Shown here one piece after another: positions 40,627 to 53,199 of a stretch of 64,000 nucleotides of DNA (the stretch's first letter is position 1; every line of letters starts with the position of its first letter). Source of the stretch: Mobula hypostoma. Lineage: Eukaryota. The notes beneath the pieces were generated by a model. That model did not search any database, had not been told where the DNA came from, and was given only the letters and a program-made list of their open reading frames with translations. The DNA lies in assembly GCF_963921235.1 (NCBI RefSeq), contig NC_086097.1:61504001-61568000 (forward strand). The letters run 5' to 3'. A program made the translations under genes and the position numbers.

Positions 40627-41590
40627 TACTTTATACTTTATACTTCATTGTCGCCGTACAATCATCACAGCGATATTTGATTCTGCGCTTCACACTCCCT
40701 GGATTACAAATATTAAATAATAAAAATAGTTAAAATTAGTAAATATTAAAAAAAAATTATAAATCATAAACAGAAAATAGAAAACTAGGAAGTAAGTAGT
40801 GCAAAAAAACCGAGAGGCAGGTCTGGATATTTGGAGGGTACGGTCCAGATCCGGGTCAGGATCCGTTCAGCAGTCTTATCACAGTCGGAAAGAAGCTGTT
40901 CCCAAATCTATCTGTACGAGTCTTCAAGCTCCTGAACCTTCTCCTGGAGAGAAGAGGGACAAAAAGTGTGTTGGCTGGGTGGGTCGTGTCCTTGATTATC
41001 CTGGCAGCACTGCTCTGACAGCGTGCAGTGTAAAGTGAGTCCACGGACGGAAGATTGGTTTCTGTGATGTGCTGCGCCGTGTTCACGATCTTCTGCAGCT
41101 TCTTTCGGTCTTGCACAGGACAACTTCCATACCAGGTTGTCATGCACCCTAGAAGAATGCTTTCTACGGTGCATCTATAAAAATTAGTGAGGGTTTTAGG
41201 AGACAGGCCAAATTTCTTTAGTTTTCTCAGGAAGTAAAGGCGCTGGTGGGCCTTCTTGGCAGTGAACTCTGCTTGGTTGGACCAAGTCAGGTCATTTGTG
41301 ATATTGACCCCGAGGAACTTAAAGCTTTTGACCTGTTCCACCTGCGCACCACCGATGTAAATTGCATTGTGCGGTCCGCTACTCCTTCTGAAGTCAACAA
41401 CCAATTCCTTTGTCTTGCTGATGTTGAGGGATAGGTTATTGTCTTCGCACCATTCCACCAGGTTCTTAATTTCCTCTCTGTACTCAAGCTCATCATTATC
41501 TGAGATAACGGCCTACAATTGTTGTGTCATCAGCAAACTTATATATTGAGTTTGATGAAAACTTGGCTACACAATCATGGGTGTACAGTG
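40627..41590 (-). mobile_element. Young Rex1/Babar-like LINE 3' portion
   Basis: 200-aa ORF 40856-41458 (WCEDNNLSLNISKTKELVVDFR, FKFLGV, RLYFLRKL); TATAAAG-repeat tail. Confidence 0.9.
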
Positions 41591-41876
41591 TATAATGCTC
41601 ACTATTGGAATTTGCATTTTACATTTCCTCGTCAGAAACATTGTCCACCATTTAGAATTGCTCACGTGCTGAAACCATGACCTGCTGTGCATAATGGATC
41701 AACAGATATTATCGTATAGTCTTGAAGTATGCACATTGGAATCTCATTTTATTTCACCCACAGAGTACCTCATGAAGTGATTTGTCATTGAATGAGGAAA
41801 ATTTTGACTTCAGTTGGAGGAGTTGTTGAAAATTTTAGAATGGTTTGTAGTTTTTAGGAAAAGAGTTCAGAAGACT

Positions 41877-42192
41877 TTTTAGGTAGGCATCCATTAGTCT
41901 CAAGAGACCATGGATTTGTGCCTTGGAAGGTTTCCAGGGTGCAGGCCTGGGCAAAGTTTGATGGAAGACCAGCAGTTGCCCATGCTGCAAGTCTCCCCTC
42001 TCCATGCCACCAATGTTGTCCAAGGGAAGGGCATTAGGATCCATACAGCTTGGCTCCGGTGTTGTCGCAGAGCAATGTGTGGTTAAGTGCCTTGCTCAAG
42101 GACACACACGCTGCCTGCCTCAGCCAAGGCTCGAACTAGTAATCTTCGAATCACTAGACGAATGCCTTAACCACTTGGCCACGTGCCAACAC
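41877..42192 (-). mobile_element. tRNA-derived CORE-type SINE
   Basis: Minus strand A box TGGCCAAGTGG, B box GTTCGAGCC, CORE-like GTGTCCTTGAGCAAGGCACTTAACC; candidate TSD CAGAAGACT at 41868-41876 and 42202-42210. Confidence 0.75.
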
Positions 42193-42266
42193 TCAGCACC
42201 GCAGAAGACTAACACCTTCAGAAACCACAATTGATTACTTAGGGATTTGCAGGAAGCCAGATTCTA

Positions 42267-42676
42267 TATTCAGTGGCCTTTTTATTAAGTACACCTGTGC
42301 TCCTTCTCATTAATGCAAATATCTAATCAGACAATCATGTGGCAGCAACTGAATGCATAAAGCATGCAAACATGGTGAAGAGAGTCAGTTGTTGCTCAGA
42401 CCAAACATCAGAATGGGGAAGATATGTGATCGAAGCAACTTTGACCGTCGAATAATTGTTGATGCCATTCAGGATGGCTTAAGTGTGTCATAAATTGCTG
42501 ATCTCCTGGGATTTTCACAAATACCAGTCTCTACATCTTAAAGAGAATGGTTCAAAAATAAAAATAAAAAAGAAGCTTTGTGACAGTTCTGTGGGTAAAA
42601 ATGCCTTGGTAATGAGAAAGGTCAGAGGAAAATGGCCAGAATGTTTCAAGTTGACAGGAGGGCAACAGTAACTTAA
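42267..42676 (+). mobile_element. Tc1-like DNA transposon 5' fragment
   Basis: TA plus TIR-like TATTCAGTGGCCTTTTTATTAAGTACAC; decayed transposase N-terminus MGKICDRSNFDRRIIV...IADLLGFS. Confidence 0.8.
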
Positions 42677-43226
42677 GTTCAAAATTTAAAGTTTAAAAGT
42701 TTGATGGATTCTGGTGTTTAAATGCAAGGCTCTTTTACAACTCCGGAACAAGGCACAAAAAGTGTTGCTTCATGATCATTTTACTAAGAGTTGATAGAAC
42801 AAAGAGAAGTTGAAACAAACAGTGACAGAGTTCTACTAGTTGAAGATGAGAGCGAAACTAAAGATAGCAACTAGCATAAACAGCTATTTCTATACTACAA
42901 AGATAAGAAAAAAATCTATTCAAATTTGTCGATAGGAGACAACAAATTAAAAAGTACTCATTTGAATATAGCAGTACCAAGCTGACCAATAAGAAAGTAC
43001 TTATTCACTTAATGCAAAACAAAGAAGCTTCCAGTGCTTTTCACAATTATACTCTGTATAGGCACTGGAGGCATATTAAACTACATAAAATACAAGCAGA
43101 TAATTAGTTGTTAAACTGCAAAGAAAATAACAATTAAACAGTCAAATCTAAGAATTAAACTGCAGAATCTAACAAACCCCTTTTTGATTCAAAATCACAC
43201 ATTTAGAATCATTATCCTATTAGAAT

Positions 43227-43850
43227 CCTGAGAAAACTAAAGAAATTTGGCCTGTCCCCTAAAACCCACACTAATTTTTGTAGCTGCACCGTAGAAAGCA
43301 CTCTTCTAGGGTGCATCACAACCTGGTATGGAAGTTGTCCTGCCCGAGACCGAAAGAAGCTGCAGAAGATGGTGAACACGGCGCAGCACATCACACAAAC
43401 CAATCTTCCGTCCTTGGACTCACTTTACACCGCACGCTGTCGGAGCAGTGCTGCCAGGATTATCAAGGACACGACCCACCCAGCCAACACGCTTTTCGTC
43501 CCTCTTCCCTCCGGGAGAAGGCTCAGGAGCTTGAAGACTCGTACAGCTAGATTTGGGAACAGCTTCTCTGCAACTGTGATAAGACTGCTGAACAGATCCA
43601 GACCTGGATCTGGGCCATTCCCTCCAAATATCCGGACCTGCCTCTCGTTTTTTTTTTTGCACTACCTTACTTTCCAGTTTTCTATTTTCTATTTATGATT
43701 TACAATTTAAATTTTTAATATTTATGATTTTTTAATATTTTTAATATTTAATATTTGTAATCCAGGGAGCAGGAAATGCAGAATCAAATATCGCTGTGAT
43801 AATTGTACGTTCTAGTATCAATTGTTTGGCGACAATAAAGTATAAAGTAT
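43227..43850 (+). mobile_element. Young Rex1/Babar-like LINE 3' fragment
   Basis: Same family as 40627-41590 in opposite orientation; AATAAAGTATAAAGTAT tail. Confidence 0.9.
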
Positions 43851-44289
43851 ATCTGAAAATAGGAAGGCAGAAAAAAGCTACGTATCTCTATTACGTAGTG
43901 TATAAAATAATCAAAAACTCTTTAGGTTTATGAAATATCAAAGGGTATATATATTTGTCAAAGTATTCATAAGATGATACCATGGTTAGGCAGATTAGTA
44001 GGCACACGCACACAAGTTTGAACTGTTTCATTAATGCTCACCTTTAAACAAGTAAAAAGATGTAAATTATGATAAGGCATGTTCATATGAATATTAACAG
44101 TCATAGTAAGTAAGCAAAATTAGCAAAAGTATAAAACAACAACTAATGTTAGAATAAACTCATAATGTTCAGTAGTTTACAACTTGCTTGAAGTTTTCTT
44201 TCTGGTTAGTAATTTACTGACTGTAGCCCAGCAATACAGGCACTGTAATCAAGAGGTTACTAGCACATTAACCACAGCGCATGTTGTTA

Positions 44290-45940
44290 TTGTCAGGTCC
44301 ACTTTAGCTCGCTTGCAGTGGCTGGCGTGTATGTACTTTCTTTTGCCTTCTATTTTCACCAGCGAGTTGGTTACTAACATCACTTGATAAGGGCATTCAC
44401 ATCGAGCTCCCAGTGGTTCCTTAAGCAATATCTTAACCAGGACCCACTCACCAGGAGTCAGGCTGTGCTCTCCTTCTGTTGGGTCACTCTAAGCAGCTGA
44501 AACCTGTTGAGAAGTAAATTCAACAGCTTAGGTTAAATTCATACAATAGAAACTGTTACTGTGTATATCACCCTCTCAGAGACTGAGGGCTTCTGGCAGT
44601 GACTTAGGAGGCCCTGGTTGTACTTTGAATGGACTTAGTTTTGCTTTCTTGTTTGAGGTTGCTCAGATGCTGCGTAAGATCACAGAAAGAGCCATAGGTT
44701 CTTAGTCAGTTGTTTGACGGTTCCATTCATTCAGTCAATTTGTCCTGATGACTGACTGATGTTGACAATGAAAAGACCATTCAACATTCATTACTCCGCG
44801 TAATTACTGACAAACACTCCCAGTAAGATATGTTCCTTCATCAGAGTGGATGTGACCTGGCAATCCCCAGCTAGGAATATAGTCCTTGATCAGAGTTTTA
44901 ACAATATGTGTGGCAGAAGTTTTTGCTGGAATATCTTCCACCCATCTTGAAAACTTGTCCACTATTACCAGTATGTCTGAGTATCCTTGACAGTTTGGTA
45001 AAGAAATATAGTCCACTCAAAGGTGTAGAAATGGAACAGATGGGGCAGGAGCACTTAATTGTGGTAGTTTTCCCACTGCTCCAGGGTTTATTTTCTGGCA
45101 CCTTTCAAATCTTTGTTTTTCTTGCCCATGAAATTGGATTCCACCACCATTGGGAAAATCTGTCGATCATCTTCTGTACTCCAATGTGTCCAAGAGAGTG
45201 TATTTGCTGCGCCAGATAAGGAAGAAACATAGTTGGGGTTACACACGTCTATGATGAGTTTTATATCTCCACCCTCCATCACTGTTAACATCTCACCATT
45301 CTCCATACAGAACTACTTTTCCTGTCTGGAGTATTAAGCTTACATCTCTCGAATATCTAGTATGTTCGTCTGTAATACAGAATTCAATTTCATTTTCTTA
45401 ATACCAGTTGTTGAGGTCACTGTTTATGCTCTTGGTAATTCTCTAGTTTCTTTTACTCCTTCCCTTGCTGCCATTTTGCAATTTCATACACAAATGCATT
45501 TCCACAGCTTTCCATTGTAGCCATTTTGCAGTAACTTTTAAATTTGAATATAGAAGCTTCTGATGCCAGTTGTATAGCATCCATAAGCTCTTGTATGAGT
45601 TGACCATTCTTTTTTGGGGCTCCTACTGCTCCAAAAAATCCTCATTGTCTCCATAAGTTTTTAAACTCAAGAATAAATCCAAAAGCATATTGAGAATTAG
45701 TTTAGATATTTGCTAACTTCCTTTTGTCAACTTTGGGTCTTCAATCAAATGTTTTAGTCCTGCCTGGTGCATACAGGTACCAAGAGCCTTGCTCCCTGAT
45801 GCCAGCATTTCAGTTTCAGAAACAACTGCCCATCCAGCCATTTGAATTTTTCTCTCAATCACTGAGAAGCTTCAGTGTATAGAATGAAATCCAGGTTCAA
45901 TGATGGTGTTATTTTGCAATAATTTGCCTCTTTGCATGTA
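44290..45940 (-). mobile_element. Endogenous retrovirus pol relic (RNase H and integrase), class I (epsilon/gamma-like)
   Basis: RNase H ANI*TNSQYAFG...LWRQ*GF; integrase core DYISLP...LVIVDKFSRWVE...IHSDEG; integrase C-terminus PGEWVLVK...PYQVMLVT...IHASHCK. Confidence 0.85.
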
Positions 45941-46019
45941 AGATGGCTTTCCGCAAATTGTACCCAGACCTCTTGTATTTTACTTAGTCACCAGATCTGA
46001 ATGTTACTGATCCGTCACT

Positions 46020-46235
46020 CAGCAAATTGTGCATCTTATGCCTCATTCAGGGCTTCTGGCTGGGGAAGACTCTGAATGATTTTGCGGACATAGTCTGATC
46101 TATGATTGTTTTTATAAAGTCTGTGACAACTGTGATGCATTTGTTCGGATCCCTTGATGATTCCTTGAGCATGGCCCAATCCACTGATTTGAAGCAGCCC
46201 CATAGCTGCTCTTCTGACTCCCACAACCACATCTT
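46020..46235 (-). mobile_element. Rex1/Babar-like LINE internal fragment
   Basis: EQLWGCFKSVDW...VTDFIK...FPSQKP, homologous to 55380-55550. Confidence 0.7.
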
Positions 46236-46987
46236 CATTGTCCTTACTTTTTTAGCCTTGTTCTTTAGCTTCTGCCTTAATGTAAGCTGTAACACATCGT
46301 TATAAAGAAGAGCACCTCTGAATGCACAACATCTCAAACCATGAAGCAGATGGGCTGCAGCAGTGCAGAGTTATTATTATTCCGCACTAATCCCAACCTC
46401 ACCATCAAACCTGCTGACAAAGGTGGTGCTGTAGTAGTCTGTCGGATGGACCTCTACCTCACTGAGCCAAAACGGTAGCTCTCTGACACCTCTTACTTAC
46501 CACTGGAACGGGACCACACCAAAAAACATCAAACCATTGTCTCCCACACCATCTCTGCCCTTATCAGCTCCGGAGACCTTCCATCCTCAGCCGCTAAACT
46601 CATTATTCCTACATCACGTACCGCTTGGTTTTTAGGCCTCCCAAAGATACACAAGCCTGACTGTCTCAGTAGACCCACAGTTTCTGCCTGCTCCTGTCCC
46701 ACCGAACTTGCATCTGCCTACCTGGACTCCATTTTGTCACCCATGGTTCAGTCCCACCCCACCTACATCCGGGATACATCCCATGCCCTCCACCTCTTCA
46801 ATAACTTCCAATTCCCCTGTCCCAACCGCTACATTTTTACTATGGATGTCCAATATTTACACACCTCCATTCCCCATCAAGAAGGCCTCAAAGCCCTCCG
46901 CTATTTCCTGGATAATAGACCTCACCAGTTCCCCACCACCACTATCCTCCTCCGGTTAGCGGGACTGGTTCTCGCACTTAATAACTT

Positions 46988-47083
46988 CCTGACGAAGGGT
47001 CTTGGCCTGAAGCGTCGACTGCACCTTTTCCTATGGATGCTGCCTGGCCTGCTGCATTCACCAGCAGCTTTGATGTGTGTTGC
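46988..47083 (+). mobile_element. About 95-bp PLE 3'-terminal fragment inserted into the RT ORF of another PLE
   Basis: Splits LNNF|SFSSSHF; begins CCTGACGAAGGG and ends TGTGTTGC like 35650. Confidence 0.85.
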
Positions 47084-48496
47084 TCTCATTTAGCTCTTCC
47101 CACTTTCTTCAGACTAAGGGTGTAGCTATGGGAACTCACATGGGACCCAGCTACGCCTGCCTCTTTGTTGGTTATGTGGAACAGTCTGTGCTCCAAACCT
47201 ACTCTGGTACTGCTCCCCAACTTTTCCTTCGGTACATTGACGACTACATTGGTGCTGCTTCCTGCACCCATGCTGAGCTCGTCAATTTCATCGGCTTTAC
47301 TTCAAACTTCCACCTAGCCCTCAAATCCACTTGCTCTATCTCGGACACTTCTCCCCTTTCTCGATCTCTCGGTCTCCATCTCTGGAGACAGACTGTCCAC
47401 TGACATCTTCTAAAAGGCCACTGACTCTCATAACTACAACGACTATACCTCTTCCCACCCCACCACATGCAAAAATGCCATTCCCTATTCCCAGTTCCTC
47501 CATCTCTGCTGCATCTGCTCCCAGGATGAGGCTTTCCATTCCAGGACATCTCAAATGTCCTCTTTCTTTAAGGATTATGGTTTCCCTTCTACCATCATGC
47601 CCTCACCCGCATCTCCTCCATTTTCCTCACTTCGACCCTCACCCCATCCTCCCGCAACCACAACAGGGACAGAGTTCCCCTTGTCCTTACCTACCACCCC
47701 ACCAGCCTCCGGATCCAGCACATTATCCTCTGCAACTTCCGCCACCTTCAACAGGACCCCACCACTAAGCACATCTTTCCCTCTCCACTCCTCTCCGCTT
47801 CCACAGGGATTGGTCCCTCCGCGACTCCCTTATCCGCACGTCCATCCCCATTGATCTCCCACCTGGCACTTATCCCTGTAAGCGTAAGTGCTACACCTGT
47901 CCCTACACCTCATCTCTTGCAACCACTCAGGGCCCCAAACAGTCCTTCCAGGTGAGACAACGCTTCACTTGTGAGTCTGTTGGGGTCATCTATTGCATCC
48001 AGTGCTCCCGGTGCGACCTCCTCTACATCGGTGAAACCCGACGCAGATTGGGGGACCGCTTCATCGAGCACCTCCACTCTGTCCGCCACAACAGACAGGA
48101 TCTCCCGGTAGCCACCCACTTCAACTCTGCTTCCCATTCCCATTCAGATATGTCCATACATGGCCTCCTCTACTGCCATGATGAGGCTAAACTCAGGTTG
48201 GAGGAGCAACACCTCATATACTGTCTAGGTAGTCTCCAGCCCCTTGGTATGAACATAGAATTCTCCAACTTCCGGTAATTCCCTCCCCTTCCCTTCCTCT
48301 ATCCTAATTTCACTCTACCCCCTCCCCCAGGTGCCTATCACCTCCCTCATGGTTCCACCTCCTTCTTCTACTACCCATTGTTTTCAGGGCTATGACGTCA
48401 ATGCTTCCCCTCCCCCACCCCTCTGTCTTTCAAATTACTGGTCTTTCGACTGAAGCTACAGGCATTCTTCAAGTCCTTCCCCATCTTTCATTCTTC

Positions 48497-48532
48497 AGTC
48501 CTGACGAAGGGTTCCGGCCCGAAACGTCGACT
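48497..48532 (+). ncRNA. Minimal type I hammerhead ribozyme motif in PLE 3' region
   Basis: AGTC-CTGACGA-A-GGGT(TCCG)GCCC-GAAAC-GTC-GACT; predicted cleavage after 48528. Confidence 0.8.
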
Positions 48533-50189
48533 CATCGTTTCTAACTGATGCTGCCCGACCTGTTGAGTTCATCCAGCGTACTGAAAGTATTGCTTTGATC
48601 ACAGCACCTGCTGATTATTTTGTGTTTACATATTTTTAAGCTGATTGGAAGGAAGTGTAGGAGGTTGTTGGAGGTAGGTTTGTTTTTACACAGGGAGTGA
48701 GTGGTAACTGTATGAAACACCTTGCAGGGGTGGTGAGAAAGGCAGATACATTAAGGACATTTCAGTGATAGACATATGGATGAATGAAAGTTGGAGGACT
48801 GTGTGGGAGGGAAGCATCAGATTGATCTTGGAGTAGGTGAAAAGTTCAACATAACATCATGGGCCAAAGCACCTGTACCATTCTATAGCCTAAAAGGAAA
48901 ATTCAATCCTTCACTTCAATGTCGCTAGGACTAACCACATACTACCTTTTTAATGGTACAATTGGAAATGAAGCAATTACAGTATATCCTCTCATTTCCA
49001 ACTAAAAATTCTTGTCAGTATGTTTCATCTTATCACCAAGCTGAAACACATTTTTGAAATTGGAAAATATTTAAGGGCTTGTTTTGTAATATATTTTACC
49101 AAATTTGTTACCATGTTAATATGAAAGATATATTGGGAAAAGTAGGTTGAATTCATTTTAAGATTTTAAAAAAAGATTGGTATTGACAAATAATGACAAA
49201 TCCAGATAAAGATTAGAATTTCATATATTGTTTTAATTAACAGTAAAGAACAGATCCCGAAGGACTGCAAATCCTTACAGATCTGACTTCTCAATTACAA
49301 ATTATATCTACCAGCTGTGAAATAATGCTATTTGACAGCAACAGAGTTCTTATTGAATCTAAATCCTCTGAATTGAAACAGATTAAAATTCATGCTAGTT
49401 TAAAGTTGAATTGTTTATAGACTGAAGTGACATTCCTGTAATGCTCATGTAAATCTTTACATAAAGGAGAAAGCTCCTATTAGACTTTACATTCGTGACT
49501 TTCTGCAGAACATAAATTGATTGCAAAGTCATATCAGCAACGTAAAAACGCAAAATAGCTTCTCCTCTATATTGTTCTGATGTTCTCTCCAGTGGAATTT
49601 CATGATACTGTCTGCTCTATTTTGCACTTCACCAAATCACAGCAACCTATTTGGTTTGTACTTGTAGCAAACACTGGGTACCAACCCAACACTGCCGTTA
49701 AAACTTGATTCCAAACCTAATATGCTGACAACTTTTCTTTCTACAGACTGCTGAGTCACATGGTCCCTCAAGCTTGAGTGGTTCCAACATTTCCTGTTCT
49801 TATTTCAGACTTGTCGCATCTGCATTTGCTTGATTTTCATTAACTGGCGTCAAACCTGCTGACAGGGCAAGACTGCAGTAACGGCATTGACTTTGCTGAG
49901 ACTGAATGACAGCTTTCTGACACCACCCCATGACTCCAGCAGAACCGTAACTCCATCATCGAAGATCAGGCCATTATTTACCAGGAAACACTAGATCGTT
50001 TTTTCTTAGGAAATCATCCCCTCGTCTAGTCGTCTCCTAGACGTATACAATTTGCTTTGAGTTTCAGCTTGTTCGTGTCCCACCTGATTTCAGGAACACA
50101 AGACACAAGAAAATAGCAGGAGCTGTCCACAAGGCCCCCTCGTGCCTGCCCCACCATTCAGTGTGATTATGGCTGATATATTTTGTGTA

Positions 50190-50545
50190 CTGACAAGAGA
50201 AGATCTGCAGATGCTGAAAATCCAAGCAACACACACCAAGATGCTGGAGGAACTCAGCAGGCCAGGCAGCATCTATGGAAACGAGCAGACAGTTGATGTT
50301 TTGTGCTGAGATCCTTTATCAGGACTGGAGAGGAAGGGGGACGAAGTCAGACTAAGAAGGTGTGGGGAGAGAGGAAAAAGTACAAGGTAGCATGTGATAG
50401 GTGAAACTGGGAGAGGGGGAAGGGATGGAGTAAAGAGCTGAGAGTTGATTGGGAAAGAGATAATAGGCTGTAGAAGGGGGAATCTAATAGAAGAGTACAA
50501 AAGACCATGGAAAAAAAGGAAGGGGCAGGAGTACCAGAGGGAGAA
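50190..50545 (-). mobile_element. Penelope-like element 3' fragment
   Basis: Homologous to 33891-34160; hammerhead core degenerate. Confidence 0.8.
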
Positions 50546-50583
50546 ACATTGTATACTGACCTCCTCTGTCATGCTAGTTCTTA

Positions 50584-51227
50584 TGTAATGCCCTGGTTCA
50601 TATTTTTTCACTGTTATGCTGTATGTATTCCATTTCGTGCTGTTCTGTGTGAGCTGCTTGTTTTCAGCTTATGTTTGGGTTATTGTTGAAGATAAGAGGG
50701 AGGAGAAATGTGCGACATCCATTTAGGATGGTCAGATTAAGGGAAGGTTTCTCTGGTGAGGGACTAAGGTTGAGCTTGGAGCTGTTGTTCGAGAGGAGAT
50801 GAAGAGAGAAGATGCTGGTGAGAACCGGTCGTAGCATACTATCTAGTGGGAGACCTGTTTGTTCGTGACAGATTACAAGTGACGTTCAGAAGGTGGTGTG
50901 TGCTTTCATGTTGACCGAGGGCCTAGTGTGTGAGTGACAGAGAAGTTCCAGATGAGCTCCAACTTGTGCACATTTAAAATGAGCCCTTTTGTTTTGTTAT
51001 TCTTTACTAACCCTTTAGTTAAGATTCATAAATATAATTCCTTTAATTGGATGCAGTGTACTGTCTGTAATTTTGTGGCATTAATTTGTAACAGGGTAGC
51101 AAATGACACAGCATCCACACAGACTGAGGTTTGGAGTGAGATTGAGTACGCCTCAGTCTCACGAGTTTGGCAGGGCCTGAGGTTGTCTTCCCTAGACTTA
51201 TGCAGCTAAGGAAACCAGGGTGTTTCA
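50584..51227. mobile_element. Solo LTR (644 bp)
   Basis: TG...CA ends with imperfect 15-bp inverted termini TGTAATGCCCTGGTT / AACCAGGGTGTTTCA; 4-bp TSD CTTA at 50580-50583 and 51228-51231. Confidence 0.75.
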
Positions 51228-53199
51228 CTTAATTCCTTGATCTTTCAAATATTTATTCTACTCCAATTTAAGTGCTTCTAATGATCAGGCCTTCATCACC
51301 CACAGGGGCAGAAAATTCCACAGGTTCACTACTCTCTGAAATAAGAAACTTCTACGTACCTTATAGTCTTAAAGGTTTATCACATTGTATAGACTGCCAG
51401 TGTCATCTTATTCATGATTCTATTATTGCTATGGATACCCAATCTACCTGCATATCTATCTTTCACCATGATGACCTGAGTGCCCTTCACTTGTGCAGAG
51501 GCCAAAGCAAGCCTGTCTCTGCTACTGCTGCATATCTAAACCATTAAATCACTGAAAAATGTATTTGATCATACTTGTATGAGTTGTATTTGTGCACATT
51601 TGAAAAAAGACACTAGCGATGGACAAAACTTTTTGCACTTTGTGGTAAGCAAACTGCAGGTACATCTACCAATGACGAGGAATCCAGAAAGGCATTTACT
51701 TTACATTCGCAAGGACGATGTGATGGAGAAGAACAGAAGCAGTTTAAAGTAACAAAATCATCAACTACGTTAACCATATGTATGTGCATGATGGTAGGAA
51801 AGACCCATAGCTTCAGCTTACAGACTCAAGGCTCTGAGTCTCGAGCTCAGACTTGAACATTGGGAAAAAAAGGGGGTGCATGTTATTGGCATAACTTTAT
51901 AATGGTTTAACAAATAAGGTGAGAATGCTAAACAGCAGCTCAGATCAAATCCCATTATCTTAGGAGCCATGCACTTACAACAAAATATGAGAGTCTTTTA
52001 ATTCTTGAAAGTCAAAGTCAAAGGAAATTTCTTATTAAAGTCGTCATATACTAACGGAGTATCATTTTCTTGCAGGCATTCCCAAGAAAATAAAGAAATA
52101 CAATAGAATTTATGAAAGAGCAGACAGAAACAAAGACTGATAAACAATCAATGGGAAAAGGAAGATAAATTGTGCAAATAAAACATAAATAATACTGAGT
52201 CGTAGAGTTTTTGAAAGTGAGTCTGTAGCTTGTGAAATCAGTTCAGAGTTGAGGTGAGTGTCTATCCAATGGACAAGGATGTCCTTTGGGGCAATCATGA
52301 ATGAAATGAGACAATGTGGGCAAAGCCATATCTGCTCAAAGCAAAGACGTGATAATGTAAGAAAGTAATCTTAACCGAAAATGTCTTAACTATAAAGCCA
52401 CATTGGAAAATTCCTTGTAACCATGTAAGATGTTTTTTTTTCAAGATGATAAAGCAATTACTGTATCACTTTACCAGAGATTCAGAACCAGAAACCAGAG
52501 GTCACGCTGGACCATTAATGATAATACAGCTTGCTGAAGAATCTGTCTCGACACTATAATTTTGGTGCCTTTCTGAATTAATCTTTGTGGAACCAGTTTA
52601 TGTGTGGTTTAACAGAAAAGCAAGATTACCTGCTCTAGATTTAGTGTTTGAGGGTACATGAGAAACCATCAAAATCATGCAAGTGAGTCTCTAAAACATA
52701 AATGAATATTGGACAGTGTAATAATGTCAGTGATAATATTGCAAACAGCAGAAGCTGTAGCTCCGTTACCAAGCCCAATTCATATGCTTGATGCAAAGTG
52801 TGAGGCTGACGGGGAAAGCTGCTGTCCGTCTAATGGAAATCATCCATCACTGATGTGTTAGTTTAGAACATTGAAATACTTCACCTGCAAAAAGGAAGTG
52901 CTTTTAACCTCTGTGTGAGGTATGACACAGGAACGCCAGCTAGAGTGCTGTCAGCTAAATTGTTGCACATTGTAAAGGAAATACTTATAATAGCAAGCTA
53001 CAAGGGGAGGTTTGTTTGTATTGAAGCTTGTGAATAGCACATAGAGCAGATCTGAAACGGTGTACCTGCACCAGTGGCAATAATGAAACATTAGTACAGC
53101 TGCTGACCTAGCTTATAGGCAGAGGTATTAAGGAGTCATCTAGGAATTCAGCAGAGTGCCTTTAACAAAACCACATTGAAGCCTAATGACAGTCTAGTA

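Larger units (their letters stand above)
46383..48629 (+). mobile_element. Penelope-like element with decayed RT and GIY-YIG endonuclease
   Basis: TIKPADKGGAVV, FTMDVQYLHTSIPH, QTKGVAMGTHMGPSYACLF, RYIDD; GIY-YIG at 47952-48278; hammerhead in 3' region; several frameshifts. Confidence 0.92.

Noticed and set aside
52476-52890. Minus-strand exon-like segments in unique sequence
   Set aside because: One open frame without recognisable product, the other closed in all frames; needs RNA data
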